Part shown: positions 53,838-64,000 of the stretch, one piece after another
How the letters are laid out: every line of letters begins with the position of its first letter
Numbering within the stretch: the stretch's first letter is position 1
Assembly: GCA_951406725.2 (NCBI GenBank)
Contig: OX597816.1
Coordinates: 88,350,001-88,414,000 of the forward strand
Source of the DNA: Octopus vulgaris
Taxonomy: Eukaryota
Length of the DNA stretch: 64,000 nucleotides
Reading direction: 5' to 3'
The notes under the pieces: model-generated
Told to the model about the DNA's origin: nothing
The model's database searches: none
Seen by the model: the letters and a program-made list of their open reading frames with translations, nothing else
Position numbers and translations under genes: made by a program

Positions 53838-54599
53838 GTATATATATGTATGTATGTATGTAGGTAAGTACAAACAGTCGTATACAATTAAAAAATTAAA
53901 AAAAGAAAATGGAGAAGAAAATTTAAAGATGCATGGTTCATTTTATTTGTATCACAATTGGAGAAGTAATGCAAATTAAAAGATTAAAAGACATACGTAT
54001 ATGAACAAGTATAAAAAGACTGCATCAACAAAACAACCAAAAATATCCAAAAAGAAATTCTACATATGTTTCAATCAAGCAATATTTATGAATCATCAAT
54101 AATTGTAACTTTTATAGATGTAATTAGCGATATATTATTAGATGTCTTCAAGAAAAATAAGTATATTTTAGTCTTGAGTTACGAAATGCCTAATTTGAGG
54201 ACTATGTTTAGGAATTTTCAAATGCAAGCAAATTACTTAGTAGGATGTAGAGTTCATGTGATTAGAAATTTATCGTTTAAAATTTAGCTAACATTTTGAT
54301 ATAATATTATGATACAGATAAAATAAACCAAGCATCTTTTTCAATTTTCCTTTTCCATTTTCTTTTATTGACTTTTAATTATATATATATGTGTGTGTGC
54401 ATGTGTGTGTTTATATACGTATATACTAATGTATTTATATATACATATATATACATATACATATATATACATATATATAAACACACATATACATACACAC
54501 GCATACACTCATAAAGTTTAGGGTGTTTTAACAAAGGTATAACTGTAGTTCAGTGATTTGTGAATGCAGTTTATTCTTCAGTTTGTTTCTTCGATTCAC

Positions 54600-55370
54600 C
54601 TAATTTTTTAAGCCATTTCTGGTAAAAACTTCATAACAATTCATGGATTAAGCGAACTTAAAGATCTGGAAATTTAATGATAACATAGTAAATATGTTGT
54701 TAATCTAAGGAGATTTTTATGAACACATGATTTTAAATTCCATTAGTTTGGGGACAGGGTAGTAGCAAGTGTTGAATAGGTTGAGAGAAACATCTAGGAA
54801 ATCAGCGATGGTGAACTTAGTCTCTAAGGTGATTAAAGACCTGAAACTTTTGAAGGAGAGCTCTGAAACTTTTTAGCAATTAGGCTGGAGTGAAAATTAT
54901 AAAGTGATGCAAGAGAACATCGTCATGCTATAATTTTCTTTTAATGCTAGACATTAAATGTAATCTTTTATTGTTACTATCCTTTGTAGGTTTGCTGGCA
55001 GTAATGCTAAAAGGGAATACTGATCAGGCATTTTTCATTATAGTATTATCTGATTGAAAGGCAATATAAAGCGACTTTTACTTCACAACTGGTCTTGTTA
55101 GTAACTAATCTAGAGAAATTAAGTTCACAGCACGTAGTTTAAAACAGAAGTATAGTGTTCTTTAATATCTAATTATAGAAATATAAGCTAGTCTTTGTTA
55201 GTGATAATGGCGAACCATTCTGTTTTACCATAAGTATAACTCAATATAGATATGGGGGACAGGTCATTGTAATTTGGCATAATACTGTCAAATGTGTGTT
55301 TAGTGAAATTTCCTGCCTGGTTTAATTTGTTCATTAATTGAGGAGGGTGTTTATTTTCTTTAATTTAGCC
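54600..55370 (-). pseudogene. Heavily decayed Penelope-like RT fragment
   Basis: ITLETKFTIADFLDVSLNLFNTCYYP (cf. ITIETNLKIVNFLDVTLNL...YYPY) and an upstream YxxDDVL remnant of the YRDD motif near 54920. Confidence 0.5.
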
Positions 55371-55417
55371 TTGTGGTGTCTAAGGATATAGTCTCAGATA
55401 CGGCACTTACGTATAGT

Positions 55418-55461
<44 letters not shown>

Positions 55462-55507
55462 CACACACACACACATATATGTATATGTATATATATATGT
55501 ATATATA

Positions 55508-55543
<36 letters not shown>

Positions 55544-55545
55544 TA

Positions 55546-55838
<293 letters not shown>

Positions 55839-55840
55839 AA

Positions 55841-55990
55841 GTCTGGGGAGAGCCATTCTCTTTTAGTTCCTTATTATTTAACACACTCACCGATTCAGTC
55901 TCCACTCGTTTACTTATTTATTTTTTATTAAAATTTCGTTGCGTCTTGCAGCCTTTTCAATAGTCGTTGATTCTGCCCGTTATCCGAGCT
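55841..55990 (+). repeat. Single-arm copy of the 41258-41625 family, adjacent to (TA)n
   Basis: GTCTGGGGAGAGCCATT..CCTTATTATTTAACACACTCACCG..TTGCGTCTTGCA..TTTTCAATAGT. Confidence 0.8.
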
Positions 55991-56460
55991 GCGTTCTTTT
56001 TGTCTGTTTGTGCGCACGTATGTGGGTCAGTATTCGTGCGCATACACATATGTATGTATGTATGCATGAATGTATGTGTGTATGCATACATAAGGGTGTG
56101 TGTATGTATGTATATATATGCATGCATTTGTGTACGTTTGTATGTTTGTATCCTGCATATTCAAGTGTTTGTGTGTTTGTATGTGTATGTGCTTTTGCAT
56201 GTGTGTGTGTTTGCATACGTGCATCTGTTATGTATAGATGTGTCTCTATATGTGTCCTTGTGTGAAGTGTGCGCGTGTGTATATTGTCATATGTTTCAGA
56301 CTTCATTTGCGTATGTATGTTTGTATGTTCATATTACCTATGTATTTAAACGGGTTCTAGTGGGTAGTATGAATGTAATATTACTCTACTCATTTACAGA
56401 CATAGATTTTGTCTATGTATATATATATATATATATACACACGCACGCACACACACACGC

Positions 56461-56500
<40 letters not shown>

Positions 56501-58209
56501 ATATATATATATATCTGTAAATGTAATATGTGACAATTATTCGGTAACCATGTGTGTGTGTCTGTGTGTTTGTGTGTGTGAGTTTGTGTGTCTGTCTCTG
56601 CATGTCTCTGAGTAAGTATGCCTGTGTGTTGTATTTGTGTATGGGTGCGTGACTCGCATGTGCGTTGAGAATTTACATGCATTTCCTTTTCTATATTTTC
56701 ACAAACTTATGTCTAGCATTTTTTTTCATTCTCTTGTTTTATCGGTCCTCATCGTTTTACTATGTTCCGTGTTCATACTTGCTATGTTTCTTATTATTTT
56801 AAGGTTACCTAATGGTTTATTTTCACTTTAGCTCTAAAATAGATTACTGTATTCTTTCTATTGTATTTTCCCCAATTCTTACTCTATTAACAAACACTTA
56901 TACATATTTATATATATCTATAAGAAGCAACTTTCTGAAAGATTACTTTTACTTAGACTTTATATATATATATAATTTAATCTACACCTTTCTATAATAT
57001 TTAGACATTGTTCGACTCCATCAGATACTATAATATGGCAAGTCAATCTATCTTCTTAATATTAACAATATAAGTAAATTGTCTTCCACAACGATTACTA
57101 TTGCATATCATTTCTCGTAATCTTATTTTACCCCAAATAATCCATAGTAGACTAAACTAATTTGTAACTATTCCTATGGCTTCTAGAAAATCTCCAATTT
57201 CGAATAACTTCGTATAAACTTATAACTTTTCCCAATTAACCCACAGAAGACTTAACTAATTCAAAATTATTGCTGTCTTCTAGAGTTTCTCGAATTTTAT
57301 ATAACTTGTTATAAACTCAAAACTTTGCAATATAACAACTACCTTTATCTAAGCTAAGTTCTATAACCCATAATTTAGATCAAACCTTTTACTCTCAGAT
57401 AATTTTTAACACTTTATCGGTTAAAAGGTTAAGCTCTAGATATTGTATATGCACTCTAAAACTTAGAGATTCGTGTATAATAGTCAATTTAACTAACATT
57501 CGGCTGAATATTGACTCGTTTCAAATATAATTTTATAGCTAACCTATGTCTTCCGATATTCATTCAAATAAAGAATTTTACTATCTAAATTTTAAAATTT
57601 ACCCTTATTAAATCTATGTTCATGCATCATTAATCATTATTACTATGGAGTTCGGTTGACTTATTCTCAAAATTGCTTCCGAACCTTTCTATTCAAATTT
57701 GTTTTATAGCTGTCGTTCCCTTTTCTTCTTAATTGTATTATTTCATTTATCTATCAATTGTATGCAGCCAAAGCCCTAAATATTAGTTTCTATTGTATCC
57801 TTTGGAGATGAAAAGCGAATACAATCGCCAAATAGGTCGAAGGACACCTCCGCCGACGACAAGATGTACTGGAGAACGGCTACATCAGGGAAGCTCTTAT
57901 CTGTACCTAGGAGAAAAGGAGTATGTTATGTGTTCATCTATGGCATTCAGAATTTGGGAAATATGCATTTGTAAAGAGATTCCTTAAACGCTAACGAAAT
58001 ATGAATAATAGCTTATAAGTTGTCGAGTAAAACATCCCTTAAAACATTGACGATAGATTACAAATATCACACGCCCATACACCATACGTACATAGGTAAT
58101 ACATATATACATCCACACAAATATCAATCAATATGTATATATATCGTGTAAACACACCAATTATATATACAGTGTATATATATATATATATCATATGCAT
58201 ATACTTGTA

Positions 58210-58560
58210 GGCTTAGGAGTGGCTATGTGGTAAGTAGCTTGCTTACGAACCACATGGTTCCGGGTTCAGTCCCACTGCGTGGCACCTTGAGTAAGTGTCT
58301 TCTATCATAGTCTTGTGAGTGGATTTGGCAGACGAAAGCTGAAAGAAGCCTGTCGTGTCTGTGTGTGTATGTATGGCTGTGTTTGTCTCCCCAACATCGC
58401 TTGACAACCGATACTGGTGTGTTTACGTCACCGCAAAAGAGACTGATAGAATATGTACTAGGCTTACAAAGAATAAGTCATGGGGTCGATTTGCTCGACT
58501 AAAGACGGTGCTCCAGCATGGCCGCAGTCAAATGATTGGAACATATAAAAGAATAAAAGA
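58210..58560 (+). mobile_element. SINE family B, contiguous copy (tRNA-like head, internal TG repeat, CR1-like 3' tail)
   Basis: GGAGTGGCTATGTGGTAAG..GGTTCAGTCCC head; tail GGTGCTCCAGCATGGCCGCAGTCAAATGA..TAAAAGAATAAAAGA. Confidence 0.9.
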
Positions 58561-58668
58561 GTATTTGCATATTATTTACATATATGCATATATACTTACT
58601 AACATGCATATATATATATTGAATATCGATCATTGCTAATCTATATCTTACTATGTGTGTAGCTCGGC

Positions 58669-58784
<116 letters not shown>

Positions 58785-60763
58785 GAGTGTGTGTGTGTGT
58801 GTGTGTGTAAGTGTGTGTGCGCGTGCGTTTGTGGTTGTTTATTAGAATCTGCATCTATTTATCTGTTACCTAATATGCCATAGCCTACCGCCTATGTGTC
58901 TGTAACTCGTTTTATTTTTCTGTGCATCTAACTTTTATAGACGTAACTAGGCATCTCTCTCTGTCTCTCTCTCCATCCTCCCCTTCTCTCTGTCTACCAG
59001 TCTGTCTTTCTTCCAGTCTGTCTACCCATCTCCACCACATCTCCGCATATCTATTTTGTTTGTCTTGCTAAAGGAATTGGGGTCGATTGCGGAGTGGCAG
59101 TTGACTGTTATTTACTGCAATAATTGATGTTGTTATACTGTTAAATGAGCCGTCATCTTTCAATGATGTTGATTAATGGAAGGACAATTCAGTGTGTAAT
59201 TATTATAATTATATACTCACGATACGAAGATCGTTAGTTTTCATTCATGAAACATTAAACGTTATTTATCTGTTACATTAATAGGTCCCTGACTGAATGA
59301 CTGATTGTCTGCTTTCTTCAATGAGTGTTTTATAGAAAAAATTAGTTGTAAACAAATTTATTACGTAAATTATCTGTCTACAGTCGGTAAGAAGCGGACG
59401 TTACTTCGCGTGAATAATATTTTTCTCATTCATAATAATCTGATATACAATAAATAAAAAATTATGCTTATATTCCACAAGGCTTAAAACCCGCTTTAAA
59501 CTCAACCGAACTAAAACTGTCTCTACAAAACTTCTTTTCATATCTACGTTCAACATTTACATTGAACATTTTAAGCATAGTAACAAATATTTGGTCATAA
59601 TAATCTAACTGTAAGCTCTACATTCTTCAATATTGAAATTTTGCAATATGAGAACAGATAAGACATTTGGAATAGGTTGGAATAGCTTAGAATAGCTTCA
59701 GTCTTTCGATATACTTCTACAAAAATTACGTATTGATGACGTCCGTTCTTAAAGGGTTAGCCATTTCATCAAAATTTTAAGTCAACTTTTCTCATTATTT
59801 TCCAGACATCTTAATGATAAAAGCATTAATTATTCTACGTTATTAAATCAGTCTAAATTGTTGAATATTTTGAGAATTAACTGAAATACATCCGCCGTGT
59901 ATTTCATGAGAAATATAGCAATGAAGCGTATAAATAACGTTGAAGGAAGGTATGGAATTATCGCTCGCCATAGAAGAGAATTAATAAACGACGCTTATGA
60001 GGAATATAAAGCCAAACTATATCCAAAGATGTTTATGTTTTCTGTGACGCGACAGTTCTAATGACAATAATGATGATTTCTAGAATTAGCAGAAAGTTAC
60101 GATTTCTATGCAAGTGATGTAATTGATTAAATCAATCTCATTAGTTGATTGGTTCTCAGTATATCGAACGTGGATTGATGAAGTACGAAGGCCTGTGGGA
60201 TTTGAACCAAAAGCATAAATTGATGAAATTAAATAGAAGCCATATTGTTATGGTCTTCTGATTTTACCAGTATTCTAATAGCAATAAAGCATTTTCTTAC
60301 TTTCGATAATGATACTAATAATTATGTTAATATAAGATAAAGAAACTACATCCCAGTCTGTCCATCCAGTCTGTGTTTCGTTTAGAGAAACGAACACGAA
60401 CATCACAGACAAACGGGCAGTAGATATACAAAGTGAGAATGACGGAACAGCTATCTCTTAAGGGTTATATGTCTTAACATATAAGCTGTTGTACCCATCT
60501 TAGTGTTTTAATCTAGCTATTCATTATATCCTTCTAACCTTATCTATCCTACTAATCTTATCTAAACTATTATATCCTACTAACCTTATCTAACCTTATC
60601 GACCTGTGTTGCTTTCTTTAATAGCCAAAGTTTATATTCAGATTCATTCATTTTCAGTGGACAGGGAAAAGTCCTTACGAATCATGCCCTTACATCACTA
60701 GCTAACATTTATGTATGTTGTATTATGTATCATGTATTTAAGTGTGAGTTAATTTAAATCTTT

Positions 60764-61117
60764 GTGGCGGCGCAATGGCCCAGTGGTTAGGGCAGCGAAC
60801 ATGCGGTCTTAGGATCGTGGTTTCGATTCCCAGACCGGGTGTTGTGAGTGTTTATTGAGCGAAAACACCTAAAACTCCACGATGCTCCGGCAAAGGGTGG
60901 TGGTGAACCTTGCTGTACTCTTTCACCACAACTTTCTCTCAGGTTTTCTTCCTGTTTCTGTTGTACATGTATTTCAAAGGGCCAGCCCTGTCACACACTC
61001 TGTCACGTCGAATCTCCCCCAGAGCTAGGTTGAGGGTACACGTGTCTGTGGAGTGCTCCGCTACTTGCTCGTTAATTTCACGAGCAAGCTGTTCCGTTGA
61101 TCGGATCAATTGGAACA
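60764..61117 (+). mobile_element. tRNA-headed SINE with 13-bp TSD
   Basis: TGGCCCAGTGGTTAGG (A box) and GTTTCGATTCCC (B box). TSD AATTTAAATCTTT at 60751-60763 and AATGTAAATCTTT at 61118-61130. Confidence 0.9.
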
Positions 61118-61142
61118 AATGTAAATCTTTATGTTTGTCTAT

Positions 61143-61216
61143 CTCGGCTAATCATGATTATGTATTCTACTTTGGCTAATCATAGTTATGTATTCTACCT
61201 CGGCTAATCATAATTA
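61143..61216. repeat. 28-bp minisatellite, about 2.6 copies
   Basis: CTCGGCTAATCATGATTATGTATTCTAC / TTTGGCTAATCATAGTTATGTATTCTAC / CTCGGCTAATCATAATTA. Confidence 0.85.
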
Positions 61217-61368
61217 ACTCCCTTAAGATACATGTAATGTACGGGACGAATATGTGCATGCATGTTCTTATAGTTAGAAAGGTCACTTCAGAACAATGCG
61301 TGTCCATGCATGAGTTCACCAAGCTGAATCTTAGACAAGAGTCTCTGGCCATAGCCAAGTGTGAATCT

Positions 61369-61624
61369 GTGGAGGCGCAGTTTAGTAGTTAGGGTGTTGG
61401 ATTCATTATCGTAAGATTGTGGTTTCGAATCCTGGATCGGGCGACGCGTTGTGTTCTTGAGCAAAATACTCCATTTTCCGTTGCTTCCGCCCGCTCGGCT
61501 GGCAAAAATGCGTAATCTTGTGATGGACAGGCATCTCGTTCGGTGGATAATATATATGCTATGACAACCAGGAAACTGACCTTATGAGTTTACATGACTC
61601 GGGAAAGAACTTTACTACTTAACT
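61369..61624 (+). mobile_element. tRNA-headed SINE with 12-bp TSD
   Basis: GTGGAGGCGCAG..GGTTTCGAATCC..TTCTTGAGCAAAA. TSD AAGTGTGAATCT at 61357-61368 and AAGTGTTAATCT at 61625-61636. Confidence 0.85.
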
Positions 61625-61885
61625 AAGTGTTAATCTATAATTTATGAATAAAATATGGATAGGAGTTCAGTATACCTCTTTATTTCACGCTTACTTATTG
61701 CTAGATGATTTTCATGTATTGATTGTCACTGACCGTCTAAGTGATTTCTGATATTTAAGATGTAACACATCACAAGCGTTTAAAATTATTGAAAAGGTTA
61801 TTTAAAAATGTAATGAGAAGGCTATAATAAACATGGAAACAAGTAAGATATAACATCAATGAAAATATAGTGTAAAGATAACACT

Positions 61886-62197
61886 GTGGAGGCGCAATGG
61901 CCCAGTGGTTAGTGCAGTGGACTTGCGGTCGTAGGATCGTGGTTTCGTTTCCCAGACCGGGCGTTGTGTGTGTTTATTGAACGAAAACACCTAAAGCTCC
62001 ACGAGGCTCCGGCAGGGGGTGGTGGAGACCCCTGTTGTACTCTTTCGCCTCAACTTTCTCTCGCTCATTCTTCCTTTTTCTTGAGTAACGCTGCAATGGA
62101 CTGGCGCCCCGTCCAGCTGGGGGGAAAACATACACCATAGAAACCGGGAAACCGGGCCCATGAGCCTGGTTAGGCTTGAAAAGGGCGCATAATAAAA
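61886..62197 (+). mobile_element. tRNA-headed SINE with 12-bp TSD
   Basis: The 5' approximately 190 bp is near-identical to 60764-60955. TSD AAAGATAACACT at 61874-61885 and AAAGATGACACT at 62198-62209. Confidence 0.9.
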
Positions 62198-62879
62198 AAA
62201 GATGACACTACATGTACCAGTATGCCAGTACACACCTGTCAACACATACAAGTATATACATATTCAAATATAACTGCCCAAAAGAAAAGAGATGCCCTTA
62301 CACAGAAGCGCAAAACCACACATGTTTAGACATCCACGAACTTTACGATAACTATGTAGTATCAAGGTAACGGTAACTATGTATTGTGCTTCATGTTTTT
62401 ATATTTTAATACAAACTGTTATCCATATTTTTTACAATACACAACTCATAAAACCTGTTAAAAAATACATTTACATCGTCGTACTAAATTTTATATTCAC
62501 CAATATATTTTGGTATCTTGTATTTTCGCATGTCGTATCATGTGTATGCGTGAGTGTGTACATGTGTGTGAGTATATTTTTGTGTGTATATCTGTGTGTC
62601 TGTGTATGGAAAATAGTACATATATACTTACATGTATATATGTATATATGCACAATTCTTTATTGTATATTCCATAATTGCTTCTAATACATCTTGCTTT
62701 ATTTACATCTTCATACACAATTATTTTAATACACATTTTAATATTCAAATTATAATATATCTAAATATTACATCTCTACAGAAAATCATACAGAATATAT
62801 ACATTCTTACATTTATACATCCCCCCCTCTCTCTCTCACTCACAGTCTGACTATCACTCTATTTCTCTCTCATACACAC

Positions 62880-64000
<1,121 letters not shown>

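Noticed and set aside
59480-59935. Possible TTAA/piggyBac-like MITE remnants (AAAGGGTTAG; similar GAAAGGATTAA at about 10080)
   Set aside because: Matching opposite termini and TSDs could not be identified.
60520-60605. TAACCT-rich repeats resembling telomeric or Helentron repeats
   Set aside because: Degenerate local duplications with no regular telomeric unit and no element ends.
60764-60840. tRNA-like sequences here and at 61886, 45610-45683, 58210 and 40253
   Set aside because: A and B boxes are present, but there is no complete cloverleaf and they continue into SINE bodies, some with TSDs. They are SINE heads, not tRNA genes.
61143-61216. 28-bp repeats resembling a CRISPR array
   Set aside because: Directly tandem with no spacers, no cas genes and a eukaryotic context.

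Overview
Eukaryotic, very AT-rich, microsatellite-saturated DNA. I found no intact host protein-coding gene, rRNA, true tRNA or CRISPR array. Most ORFs in the supplied track are artefacts of (TA)n, (CA)n, (TATG)n and (TAA)n repeats. The tRNA-headed SINEs and the repeat landscape resemble an octopus/cephalopod genome (inference, not verified). The window is an intergenic or intronic transposon graveyard. It holds Penelope-like retroelements (one GIY-YIG endonuclease, plus RT and EN remnants), CR1/L2-group LINE pieces, Tx1/L1 pieces, R4/Dong-type restriction-like-endonuclease LINE pieces, a near full-length mariner, a maT (DD37D-like) transposase, a probable Helentron/HINE 3' end and many SINEs, several with target-site duplications (TSDs). 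Four signals stand out. (i) Two well-formed type I hammerhead ribozymes (3188-3232 and 47415-47496, both on the minus strand) and about six decayed ones, several lying just 3' of Penelope-like coding remnants. (ii) A perfect 275-bp palindrome (24460-24734) and several unrelated asymmetric fold-back elements embedded in (TA)n-type repeats. (iii) A LINE ORF1 with four CCCH-like fingers that can be rebuilt by removing a SINE with a 16-bp TSD. (iv) Apparent microsatellite-specific targeting by several retroelement clades, plus a 3' tail shared between a LINE and a SINE.
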